DNA from: Candidatus Eiseniibacteriota bacterium
GTDB lineage: Bacteria; Eisenbacteria; RBG-16-71-46
Assembly (NCBI GenBank): GCA_044223005.1
Contig: JBGAML010000001.1
Location: 288,001-352,000 of the forward strand
DNA: 64,000 nucleotides
Direction of reading: 5' to 3'
Shown here: one piece after another, positions 9,958 to 18,654 of the stretch
How the letters are laid out: the number at the start of each line of letters is the position of its first letter
Position numbering within the stretch: the stretch's first letter is position 1
Notes under the pieces: generated by a model
Databases searched by the model: none
What the model was told of the DNA's origin: nothing
Seen by the model: only the letters and a program-made list of their open reading frames with translations
Made by a program: the position numbers and the translations under genes

Positions 9958-11324
9958 ATCGCCCGTACGCTTCGGCCGAGACCCTGTTCGCGCACGCCGA
10001 GCGCGCGCTCGCGCGTGCGAAGGCCGCGGGCGCCGACGTCGCCGACGCCTGCCTCGAGAGCTCGCGCGCGTTCACCGTGAGCGTGCTCGGCGGCCGCATC
10101 GAGACGCTCAAGCAGAGCGGCTCGCTCGGCCTCGGCCTGCGCGTCGTCGTGAACGGCGCGGTCGGCTTCTGCAGCGGCACCGATCTGTCGCCCGAAGGGC
10201 TCGACGATCTCGCGCGCCGCGCGGTCGCGCTTTCGCGACACGCGACGCCCGACGAGGCCAACGGCGCGCCCACGCCCGCCGAAGCGGGCGGTGACGCGGG
10301 CGGCGATCTCGACATCCTCGACCCGGCCGCGATCGAGCTGCCGGTGGAGCAGAAGATCGAGATGGCGCTCGAGCTCGAGCGTATCGTGCTCGGCACCGAC
10401 GCGCGCATCGGGCGCACCGACGGCGCCAGCGTGAGCAGCAGCGGCGGCGTGTTCGCGATCGCCAACTCGCACGGACTGGCGCGGGCCTGGGAAGGCAGCT
10501 CGGTCAGCGCCTCCGTGATCGCGCTCGCCGACGATCGCGACCGCCAGCAGACCGGCTGGTCGTACTCGAGCCAGCGGCACCTCGCCGACCTGCCCGCGAT
10601 GGAAGCGCTCGCCCGCGAGGCCGCCACCCGCGCCCTCGCGCGGCTCGGCGGCCGGCCGGTGCCCGCCGCGCGCGTCCCCGTGGTGATGAGCCCCGACGTC
10701 GCGAGCGCGTGGATCTCGGACATGTACGACGCGTTCAGCGCCGAGTCGGTGCTGCAGCAGTCCTCGTGGCTCGCGGGCAAGCTCGGCGAGACGATCGCCT
10801 CGCCCGCGTTCTCGCTGGTCGACGACGGCACGCTGCGGCGCGGGCTGGGCTCTTCGCCCTACGACTGCGAGGGCGCGCGGACGCGCCGCAACGTGCTCGT
10901 GGACACGGGTCGGCTCGCGATGTTCGCGTACGACCACTACCACGCGAAGCGCGCCGGCGTGCCCGGCACGGCCAACGGCGTGCGCGGCTACTCGAGCACG
11001 CCGGGGATCGGCTTCCACAACCTGTTCGTGGTCCCGGGCGAGCGCTCGCCCGAGGAGATCGTGCGCTCGCTCGACCGCGCGTTCTGGTTCGACGAGTCGG
11101 GATCGTTCGGCTACAACCCGGTGAGCGGCGACTACTCGTACCAGGCGCAGGGCTTCTGGATCGAGAAGGGCGAGAAGGCATTCCCGGTCGACGGCGTCAC
11201 CGTGGCCGGGCGCTCGCTCGACATGCTCCGGAACGTCACGGCGGTCGGCAACGACCTCGTGTTCCGCTCGTCGGTCGCCGCGCCGACACTGCTGATCGGC
11301 GAGATGACGCTCAGTGGCGCCTGA
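9954..11324 (+). CDS. pmbA: PmbA/TldE subunit
   Basis: Overlaps the tldD stop; LGLRVVVNG, GLGSSPYDCEG, NPVSGDYS, APTLLIGEMTLSG; lacks HExxH. Confidence 0.92.
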   Translation: MNRPYASAETLFAHAERALARAKAAGADVADACLESSRAFTVSVLGGRIETLKQSGSLGLGLRVVVNGAVGFCSGTDLSPEGLDDLARRAVALSRHATPDEANGAPTPAEAGGDAGGDLDILDPAAIELPVEQKIEMALELERIVLGTDARIGRTDGASVSSSGGVFAIANSHGLARAWEGSSVSASVIALADDRDRQQTGWSYSSQRHLADLPAMEALAREAATRALARLGGRPVPAARVPVVMSPDVASAWISDMYDAFSAESVLQQSSWLAGKLGETIASPAFSLVDDGTLRRGLGSSPYDCEGARTRRNVLVDTGRLAMFAYDHYHAKRAGVPGTANGVRGYSSTPGIGFHNLFVVPGERSPEEIVRSLDRAFWFDESGSFGYNPVSGDYSYQAQGFWIEKGEKAFPVDGVTVAGRSLDMLRNVTAVGNDLVFRSSVAAPTLLIGEMTLSGA

Positions 11325-11416
11325 GCGCACCGGCCGTTACGCGCATTTCACGCCGGCGCCGCGCGGCGGAAACGCTTCGGCGCGCATCCTCCCGGTGGTG
11401 ATGCGCGATGCGACGA

Positions 11417-11488
11417 CCCGAAGAGCGAGCGAGGCGTCGGCGACACCCCTCCGGCGGAGCGAAGCAGCTCTGCCGGTCGCGTTTCGGG
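11417..11488. repeat. REP-like branched hairpin between convergent genes
   Basis: Outer stem CCCGAAgaGCGA/TCGCgtTTCGGG; inner hairpin CCGGCGGAGC-GAAGCA-GCTCTGCCGG. Confidence 0.4.
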
Positions 11489-11517
11489 GCACCCGCGCGT
11501 GACGCCGCGCGCCGCCG

Positions 11518-12690
11518 CTACGACGCGCGGAACGTGCTGACGACCGCGACGGCGCGCCGCGGCGTGGGCGCCGGCGCGTGGGCGTGGCCGAGGCGCACGA
11601 GCAGCAGCGGCTCCTCGCCCGTGGCGCCGAACAACTGCGCGAGCCCGGTGCGGTGCTCCTCCGACTCGACCGGCGCCGAGAGCGGCTGCTGCGCCAGGTG
11701 CAGCGACGTCGCCTTGAGCGCGAGCCGCTGGTAGGCCTGGCCAGCCACGAGGAACGTCGCGTCGTGCTTCGCCGGCGCGGTGATCAGCGCGAGCGCGCCC
11801 GCCGAACGCACCGCGTCCTCGGCCTCGTGCGCCACGCTGCCCGCGCCCCACGCGAACGCGTGGTGTCCGGGCGCCAGTGCGCGCGCCGCGAGCCAGCCGA
11901 GCGGCCCGGCGAGTCCGAGTTGGTCGGGCGTCACGCCGTCGGCCGTGCGCCGGGCGTCGCCGGTGGAGTAGCGCAGCCAGCGGAGCCGGTCGCGCTGGGC
12001 GACGCGGTCGCGGGCGCGCTGCCAGGTCGCCTCGCGAACGAGCTTCGCCACGCGGCGGATCACGTTGCGGTCGTCGAGCCAGCGCAGGCCGAGGTCCTCG
12101 GGCACCTGCGCCTGCATCTGGGCGCGGTCGGGACCGGCGATCGCCCGGCCGTCGTAGTGGCGCGGATTGGTGCGCCGCCACGGGATCGCCTGGAACATGG
12201 CGCGGTCGCGATGCGCCTCGCCGGGCATCCAGGAGACGCGCGCCACGACCAGCGGCGAACCGGCGCGCGCCGCGGGTCCCCACGGAAGGTACTGCACCGT
12301 CGGCTGCTGGCCCCACGCGCGCGCGGCGACGAGCAGGTTCTCGAGCGCCGCGCCGAGCGACATCTGCGTGAAGCGCTGGTCCGGATCGCACCCCGGCAGG
12401 GCACGCGCCGGATCGAGCGTCAGCCGCAGTTCGGCGGGGTCGACCTCGAACCGCCACGGCTGCGCGTTCCAGAAGCTGGGCGCCAGGATCGAGGCGCCGA
12501 TCAGCGCGCGGGCCGACTCGATCGCGCCCGCCGGCATGGACTCCGGCAGCGTCCACGTCCCGGTCGGGACGCTGGCGACGCGGCGCGCCGCTTCGACGAT
12601 CGTCGGCGGCAACGCGGCGAGGGCCGCGGCTCCCCCGACGAGCACGAGGAAGCGGCGGCGATCGATCGCGAGCGAAGCGAACTCGGGCAT
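11518..12690 (-). CDS. Acg family FMN-binding nitroreductase-like protein with Tat-like signal
   Basis: DRRRFLVLVGG; LAPSFWNAQPWRF; SLGAALENL; RRTNP; PTPRR. Start uncertain (12690 or 12732). Confidence 0.85.
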   Translation of the reverse strand: MPEFASLAIDRRRFLVLVGGAAALAALPPTIVEAARRVASVPTGTWTLPESMPAGAIESARALIGASILAPSFWNAQPWRFEVDPAELRLTLDPARALPGCDPDQRFTQMSLGAALENLLVAARAWGQQPTVQYLPWGPAARAGSPLVVARVSWMPGEAHRDRAMFQAIPWRRTNPRHYDGRAIAGPDRAQMQAQVPEDLGLRWLDDRNVIRRVAKLVREATWQRARDRVAQRDRLRWLRYSTGDARRTADGVTPDQLGLAGPLGWLAARALAPGHHAFAWGAGSVAHEAEDAVRSAGALALITAPAKHDATFLVAGQAYQRLALKATSLHLAQQPLSAPVESEEHRTGLAQLFGATGEEPLLLVRLGHAHAPAPTPRRAVAVVSTFRAS

Positions 12691-12975
12691 CCGCGACTGC
12701 GGAGCCCGGGCCCGCCGGGATGAGCCGTCCATGATCCGGCGAGGGTCGTGCATGTCCGGTCCGGGGTCAACGCGCATGGCGCACCCCGGATGCGCCCGCG
12801 CGGAGCGCGCTGCCGCGGACCGGGAAAATGGCGCTCCGATCCGCACGACGCGCGCCACTCCGCGGTTCGTCCTACCGCCGGAGGCACCGCCGTTCTCCCG
12901 CGAATGCACCGCGTGCGCCCCGCGCCGGCGCGCCGCGCTTGCCGGCGGCCGCGCGCGCTCGCTAGCGTGCGGGCC

Positions 12976-13476
12976 GTGGAGCCCACCCGCTACGTCACCG
13001 ACGCCTCGCTCGATCTCGTCGCCCGCCGCCTGCGGCTGCTCGGCTTCGACGTCGTCACCCACCGCGGCGCGCGCCTCGAGGAACTCTTCGACGCCGCGGC
13101 GCGCGAGGGGCGGACCGTGCTCACGACGAGCGGCCGCCACCCGAAACGCTGGGCCGCGGTCCCGGGGCTGCGGCTCCCGCGCGACGCCCGTGACGGCGTG
13201 CGGATCGTCGCCGATCAGGGCGTCCCGGCAGGGGCGCCGTTCAGCCGCTGCACCGAGTGCAACGTCGGGCTGCGAACGCGCTCGCGATTCGAGGCCATGG
13301 GCGAGGTCCCGGGCCGCGTGGCGCGCGGCGGCTCGCCCCTCACCTGGTGCCCCGCGTGCGGCCGCTGGTACTGGGTCGGCAGCCACGTGGCCCGGCTCGC
13401 CGCATGGCTCTCGGAGGTCACGGGGAAGCCCGTCGCGCCCCCTGGGGCATCCGGCCCGGTTCCCGGAAACACTTGA
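12976..13476 (+). CDS. Mut7-C RNase domain protein (PIN-like + Zn ribbon)
   Basis: YVTDASL..VARRLRLLGFD; REGRTVLT; SRCTECN...CPACGRWYWVGSH. Confidence 0.85.
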   Translation: MEPTRYVTDASLDLVARRLRLLGFDVVTHRGARLEELFDAAAREGRTVLTTSGRHPKRWAAVPGLRLPRDARDGVRIVADQGVPAGAPFSRCTECNVGLRTRSRFEAMGEVPGRVARGGSPLTWCPACGRWYWVGSHVARLAAWLSEVTGKPVAPPGASGPVPGNT

Positions 13477-13808
13477 AACGCACGCAAGGAGTTTGACATG
13501 GCGGTGTACAGCGAGGGCGAACCGGACCGCTGCTGATGCGGGTTTGCGCGTTCTCGAGGTTGCGCCGCTCGCTCGCGCTGCTGCACAATCTCCGGCGGAG
13601 CGCCTGCTGTGCACTGGACTCGAGCTCGGAGAGATCGTGGGGAGAGGCTCGACCCGGCGCCAGCGGCGCTCCGCTTCGACGAGACGCCAGATCTGCTCGG
13701 GCGACCTTCCCGACCGGTCTGGCGATTTCGTTGGTGCCGACGGCGGCGAGCGCGGGTGATAGACTCTCCCACCCACGGATTCCGCACTCCCCACCCGCTC
13801 CGGACCGC

Positions 13809-14663
13809 ATGGACCTTTCGGTCGTCGTCGTCACCTACCACTCCCTCTCCCACATCGCGGCCTGTCTCGGGTCCCTGGACCGCGCCCGCGCGGGGTTCGA
13901 GATGGAGGTGCTGGTCGTCGACAACGCCTCGACCGACCGCACGCTCGACGAGGTCCGTTCGGTCGCGCCGTGGGCCCGGATCGTCCAGACCGGCGACAAT
14001 CTCGGGTACGCCAAGGCCGTGAACATCGGGATCCGGGAATCGACCGGCGAGTTCGTGGTGGTGCTGAACCCGGATTCGATCGTCGAGCCGGATGCCTTCA
14101 CCGCCCTGCACGAGTGGATGCGCGCGCACCCGAAGTGCGCCGTCGCCGGCCCGCAGATCCGCAATCCCGACGGCACGATCGAGTACACGGCGCGCTCGTT
14201 CCCGGGACCGCTGGCGTTCCTGTTCAACCGCTACTCGCTGCTCACGCGGCTCTGGCCGGGGAACCCGTGGTCGCGGGCCTACCTGCTCTCGGACTGGGAC
14301 CACGCCTCGCCGCGGTCGGTGGACTGGGTCTCGGGCGCGTGCATGTTCGTCCGCCGGACCGCGATCGCCCAGTGCGGCGGCATGGACGAGTTCTTCTTCA
14401 TGTTCAACGAGGACGTGGACTGGTGCCACGTCCTGCGTGACGGCGGCTGGGAGGTGGACTTCGTCCCGGCCGCGCGGGTCATGCACCACGTCGGCGCGAG
14501 CCGCAGCCGCGTCGCCGACCGGGTGATCCTCGAGCGCCACCGCGGCATGATCCACTATTATCGCAAGCACCATCGCTCGAACCCGCTGCTGGACGCGCTC
14601 GTGAGCACGTTCGTCATGCTGCGGGCGCGACTGATGCTGCTGCAGAACCACTGGCGCCCCTGA
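13809..14663 (+). CDS. Glycosyltransferase family 2 (WbbL-like)
   Basis: SVVVVTY, VVDNASTD, NLGYAKAVN, LNPD, DWVSGACMFVRR, FFMFNEDVDWC. Confidence 0.92.
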   Translation: MDLSVVVVTYHSLSHIAACLGSLDRARAGFEMEVLVVDNASTDRTLDEVRSVAPWARIVQTGDNLGYAKAVNIGIRESTGEFVVVLNPDSIVEPDAFTALHEWMRAHPKCAVAGPQIRNPDGTIEYTARSFPGPLAFLFNRYSLLTRLWPGNPWSRAYLLSDWDHASPRSVDWVSGACMFVRRTAIAQCGGMDEFFFMFNEDVDWCHVLRDGGWEVDFVPAARVMHHVGASRSRVADRVILERHRGMIHYYRKHHRSNPLLDALVSTFVMLRARLMLLQNHWRP

Positions 14664-15730
14664 TGCCCTACTCGCTGCAGCTGCTGATCGCCGCCGCGGT
14701 GGTCGCGTTCGCGCTCACCCCGGCCGCGCGCGCGCTGGCGCTGCGGCTCGGGGCGATCGACCACCCCGACGCGCGCCGCATCCACGTCACGCCGACCCCG
14801 CGCTTCGGCGGCCTGGCGATCGCGGCCGCGGTACTCGGCGTCGCGTGGGCAGCCCGCGTGCTGCCGGGCCCCGCGGCGCTGCTCGACCCGAAGCCGTTGC
14901 TCGGGCTGACGTGCGCGGCCTTGCCCATCGTGGCACTCGGCATGGCCGACGATCGCTGGAGCGTGAGCCCGTGGGTCAAGCTGGGCGTGCAGGCGTGCGC
15001 GGGCATCACGCTGACGCTGTTCGGCTTCGGGATCCCCGTGCTCACGAACCCGTTCGGCCCGCCGATCGCGCTGGGCGTCTTCAACGTACCGCTCACCGTG
15101 CTGTGGGTGATGGTCGTCACCAACGCGATCAACCTGATCGACGGGCTCGACGGCCTCGCGGCGGGCGTGGTCGCGATCGCGTGCGCCTCGCTCGCGGTGG
15201 TCGGGCGCATCCACTCCGACTTCTACGTCATGTTCCTCTCGGCGCTGATCGTCGGCGCGTGCCTGGGATTCCTGCGCTGGAACTTCCCGCCGGCATCCGT
15301 GTTCATGGGCGACACCGGCAGCCAGTTCCTCGGCTTCACACTCGCGACGCTTTCGCTGCTCGAGAACCGCAAGGGCACCGCCGCGATCACGCTGCTGCTG
15401 CCGCTGGTCACGCTGGCGCTGCCGCTCGCGGACACGACCGTGGTGTTCTTCCGCCGCGCGTGGCACCGCCAGCACGTCTTCCGCGGTGACACGCAGCACG
15501 TCCACCACCAGTTGCTCGGCGCCGGGCTCGGGCATCGCGGCGCGCTGTTCGCGATGTGGACGCTCGGCGGGCTCTTCGGCCTCGTCGCGGTGCTCATGGA
15601 GTGGCTGCCGCGCCTCTGGACGCCGCTCCTCGTCACGATCCTCGGCGCAGTGCTGTTCGTCACGTTCGAGATCCTGCGCGCCGCCCGCCGGAACGGGCGC
15701 AGCGGCCGGCCCGACCCGCGTCGCGGCTGA
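14663..15730 (+). CDS. wecA: Polyprenyl-phosphate GlcNAc-1-phosphate transferase (WecA/TagO, MraY family)
   Basis: RRIHVTPTPRFGG, ADD, TNAINLIDGLDGLA, NFPPASVFMGDTGS, DTQHVHH. Confidence 0.9.
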   Translation: MPYSLQLLIAAAVVAFALTPAARALALRLGAIDHPDARRIHVTPTPRFGGLAIAAAVLGVAWAARVLPGPAALLDPKPLLGLTCAALPIVALGMADDRWSVSPWVKLGVQACAGITLTLFGFGIPVLTNPFGPPIALGVFNVPLTVLWVMVVTNAINLIDGLDGLAAGVVAIACASLAVVGRIHSDFYVMFLSALIVGACLGFLRWNFPPASVFMGDTGSQFLGFTLATLSLLENRKGTAAITLLLPLVTLALPLADTTVVFFRRAWHRQHVFRGDTQHVHHQLLGAGLGHRGALFAMWTLGGLFGLVAVLMEWLPRLWTPLLVTILGAVLFVTFEILRAARRNGRSGRPDPRRG

Positions 15731-15774
15731 GCGGAGCGCCGGCATCGCGCCGGCGCTCCGCCCGGCCGGCCGCG

Positions 15775-16494
15775 TCAGTGGTCCGTGACGTCGAGCTCGA
15801 ACGGCGGCTTCGTGCCCGGCGCCGTCGCGGTCATCGGCAGGCGCTGCTCGCGCTCGGCCTCGGCGCTGCGCCGCTTCCATTCCTCGGCGCCCAGCGTCTG
15901 GCCCTGCACCACGAGGACGCGCGTGCGGTTCTCGAACGGCACCCGCACCACCAGCGCGTCCGTTTCGTCGAGCCGCTCGTCCGCCAGCACGCGCCCGGGC
16001 ATGCTGCCCATCAGCGCCTGCACGCGCACGCGCGCGCCGCGGCCGTCGCTCTCGCGCGAGATCGCGAAGCCGTCGCCCGCCGGCGAGCGGAAGAGCCCCG
16101 TGCCGCCGGTCACGAGCCCGTGACCCGACCACACGATCGCCGCGTCGGCGCCCATGTCGGCGCCCGGGCCGCGGGCGATGCGCAGCGCGCGGCGCCCGAC
16201 GCTGAGCGGGCCCGCGCCGTGCACCACGCGCGCGGGCGCGAAGCCCGCGCCGGGCACGTCCTCGAGCAGCGTGAGCTGGACCGAGGCGCCCGCCTCGATC
16301 GGGTCGATGTTGCGGAAACGCATCGTGCAGACGCCGGCGAGCGCGCACGACCCGTGGCCGGAGATGCACCACTGCGCCCCGCCCTGCGCGAGCATGCACT
16401 GCAGGTCGCTCGAGCAGAGCGCGCACGCGCCCGCCGCTCCGGCCTGGAGCACGAGCGCCAGTCCCCATCCCATTCCCATCCACCACCTGCGCAT
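15775..16494 (-). CDS. Secreted hypothetical protein with 6-Cys N-terminal module
   Basis: AAGGAG RBS; MRRWWMGMGWGLALVL signal; CALCSSDLQC...WC...SCALAGVC. Confidence 0.65.
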   Translation of the reverse strand: MRRWWMGMGWGLALVLQAGAAGACALCSSDLQCMLAQGGAQWCISGHGSCALAGVCTMRFRNIDPIEAGASVQLTLLEDVPGAGFAPARVVHGAGPLSVGRRALRIARGPGADMGADAAIVWSGHGLVTGGTGLFRSPAGDGFAISRESDGRGARVRVQALMGSMPGRVLADERLDETDALVVRVPFENRTRVLVVQGQTLGAEEWKRRSAEAEREQRLPMTATAPGTKPPFELDVTDH

Positions 16495-16593
16495 GCCGAC
16501 ACTCCTTCCGGGGGCGATCGAGCGCGGCCGCATGTCGGGCCGCCCGCGCCGCGCGCGGCGCATTCGCGCCGGCGTGCCGCGTCGGGCGTCTCT

Positions 16594-16609
16594 TGCACGC
16601 GACGTGCCC
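16594..16609 (-). promoter_or_regulatory. Possible sigma-54 (-24/-12) promoter
   Basis: Minus strand GGGCAC-GTCGC-GTGCA about 100 nt upstream of the 16494 start. Confidence 0.35.
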
Positions 16610-16699
16610 GGCGTAAACGGCGGCAGGCCACGGGCGCGGCGCGCCGGCGGCGTCAACGGCGGTGACGCGGCGTCGCCGGCGTGCACACCCCGAAACGAT

Positions 16700-16733
16700 T
16701 CGGCGCCGGTCCCCGAGAGGGAGCCGGCGCCGA
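16700..16733 (-). terminator. Hairpin terminator after OMP gene
   Basis: TCGGCGCCGG...CCGGCGCCGA stem just past the stop at 16754. Confidence 0.55.
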
Positions 16734-16753
16734 GTGATCGCGTGCCGGAGACG

Positions 16754-17524
16754 TCAGTAGACGAGGCCCCAGCCCAGCTTCACGCTCCAGAGCGTCTCGC
16801 TCGTCTTCTCGTGCCCGAACACCGGGTTCACGACGCCCTCGCGGCCCTTGGTGAAGCTCGTGCGCACGTCGAGGCCGAGGATGTGGCGATCGTTGAGCGG
16901 CATGTTCGCGCCCACCGTGATGTACTCGCCGACCCGCGGCGCACCCGTGTAGTCGCCGTCGGTGCGGTAGTACTTGTGGAAGTAGTAGCCCGCGCCCGCG
17001 CCGACGTACGGCCGCAGCGCGGTGTTCCACTTGAAGTGGCGCGTGAACTCGGCCGTGAACGGCACCGAGATCTCGTAGCTGTGGACGAAGTGGTTCAGCA
17101 GGTCGTGCTGCACCGACGCGCCGAAGGCGTACTTCGAGCCGATCATGTGCTGGTACGCGATGCCGTAGCCGGCGAGGCCGTCGCCCGCGTTCGTCTGCGA
17201 CGATTTCGCGTAGCCGGCACGGAACATCATCCAGTTCGCGCCCTTGGCCCACGGGCCGTCGGCCTTGCGGCGCTCGGCATACGAGGGCTCCGGCGGCGGC
17301 GCGGGCTTGGCCGGCTTCGCGGGCTTGGGCGCAGCCGCGGCCTTGGGAGGACGCGCCGCAGCGGTGGGCGCGGCCGCCGTCTTCTTCTGCTTCGCGACCT
17401 TGGCGGGCTTCGGGGCCGGGGCGGAATCGGCCGCCGACACGGGCGAGATGGCGAACACGGTCGCAGCCACCACGGCAAGCATCACCGCGGTCCCACGCCG
17501 GAAGACAGCAGAGGACGTCGACAC
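16754..17524 (-). CDS. Small outer-membrane beta-barrel (OmpW/OmpA-like) with Ala/Pro/Lys linker
   Basis: AAAGGAG RBS + GTG; signal peptide; LRPYVGAGAGYY; C-terminal VKLGWGLVY. Confidence 0.75.
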   Translation of the reverse strand: MSTSSAVFRRGTAVMLAVVAATVFAISPVSAADSAPAPKPAKVAKQKKTAAAPTAAARPPKAAAAPKPAKPAKPAPPPEPSYAERRKADGPWAKGANWMMFRAGYAKSSQTNAGDGLAGYGIAYQHMIGSKYAFGASVQHDLLNHFVHSYEISVPFTAEFTRHFKWNTALRPYVGAGAGYYFHKYYRTDGDYTGAPRVGEYITVGANMPLNDRHILGLDVRTSFTKGREGVVNPVFGHEKTSETLWSVKLGWGLVY

Positions 17525-17919
17525 CAGAACGCTCCTTTCGACTCGTTTCCGCATGGCCCGGTCGGGCGCCCCGGACAGGGGCTGCCGGCGCCGATTCCGC
17601 TCGGAGGGTGCGGCGCGGACGGGCACGGGCAGGCGGTGAAGCTAGCAAGCCCGCGCGGGAGCCGCAATGCGGCCCTGCCGAGGCGAAATGCCCGAACGGC
17701 TGCAGGTTGCCGTGCAGAGTGCTGCTGCGACCCGGAACTCGACAAGCCCTTTCCGGGTACCACCGGCGACCGGGGCGTGCGACCGGACTTTGTACCTCGT
17801 TGGTACAAGGCCCGGTGCGCGCGCGCACAGGGACCGCGCCCACTTCGGCCCCGCTCGCGGCACGGCTCGTGATAACCGCGGAGCGGCAGGCTGAAGGGCC
17901 ACTCGGGAGGAGATCCGTC

Positions 17920-18588
17920 ATGAAGGCTCGCTTCGTACTCGTCGTCCTGGCGCTGCTCGCCATCGTTCCACCCGCGTCCGCCGCGATGCGTGCGTCGTCG
18001 GGACTCTCGCTGGGCGCCAACGGCGGCCTGGGCGGTGAAGGTTCGCTCACGCTGACCGACTTCGCGCAGGACTTCCCGTTCTCCGCGCGTTTCGCGGCCG
18101 GCTACATGTCGCTCGATCCCGGCGACGCGCCGCTCGCGCGCCGCGTGTTCGTGAACGAGGCCACCAATGGCTCGGCCGAGAAGAGCGGCCACCGCTTCGA
18201 TCTCCGGGTCGACGCGCGCTACCAGCTGAAGGGCGGCCGGCTCGCGGGCACGTGGCTCTACTTCGGCCCGCGCTTTTCCATGTGGCACGGCACGTTCAAC
18301 TTCGTCGACGGCAACGAGACGTTCGACGTGACCACCAACCAGTTCGGCGCCGGCGCCGGGTTCGAGCAGGTGTTCACGATGGGGCCGCACACCGATTTCA
18401 CGATCGGCGCGGGCCTCGACTGGTACGCGAACGCCGACTTCAAGGGCCACGGCTCGACGTACAGCCCCAACGGCACGTCGGTCGATCCCAAGGAAGACTT
18501 CACGTACACGACCGCCGACCAGGCGATCGCGCAGCCGCGCTTCGCACCGCGCGTGATGATCGGCATGCAGCACCACATCGGCTGGTGA
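17920..18588 (+). CDS. Outer-membrane beta-barrel protein
   Basis: GGAGGAG RBS; signal peptide; amphipathic strands (WLYFGPRF, QFGAGAGFE); ends in W. Confidence 0.75.
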   Translation: MKARFVLVVLALLAIVPPASAAMRASSGLSLGANGGLGGEGSLTLTDFAQDFPFSARFAAGYMSLDPGDAPLARRVFVNEATNGSAEKSGHRFDLRVDARYQLKGGRLAGTWLYFGPRFSMWHGTFNFVDGNETFDVTTNQFGAGAGFEQVFTMGPHTDFTIGAGLDWYANADFKGHGSTYSPNGTSVDPKEDFTYTTADQAIAQPRFAPRVMIGMQHHIGW

Positions 18589-18619
18589 TCCGCCCGCCGG
18601 CCCCGTGAGGCCGGCCGAA

Positions 18620-18652
18620 ACGGCGCGCCTGCGGGGATCGCGGGCGCGCCGT
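18620..18652. terminator. Bidirectional hairpin between convergent genes
   Basis: ACGGCGCGCCTGCG-GGGAT-CGCGGGCGCGCCGT. Confidence 0.55.
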
Positions 18653-18654
18653 CG

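Noticed and set aside
8524..12690. TldD/PmbA plus nitroreductase as a RiPP (azole) cluster
   Set aside because: There is no YcaO, precursor peptide or dedicated transporter, the genes are convergent, and the reductase is Acg-type.
13477..13808. Slightly AT-richer 330-bp gap after the Mut7-C gene (possible antitoxin or sRNA)
   Set aside because: I found no convincing ORF or structure. It is most simply the promoter region of the glycosyltransferase operon.
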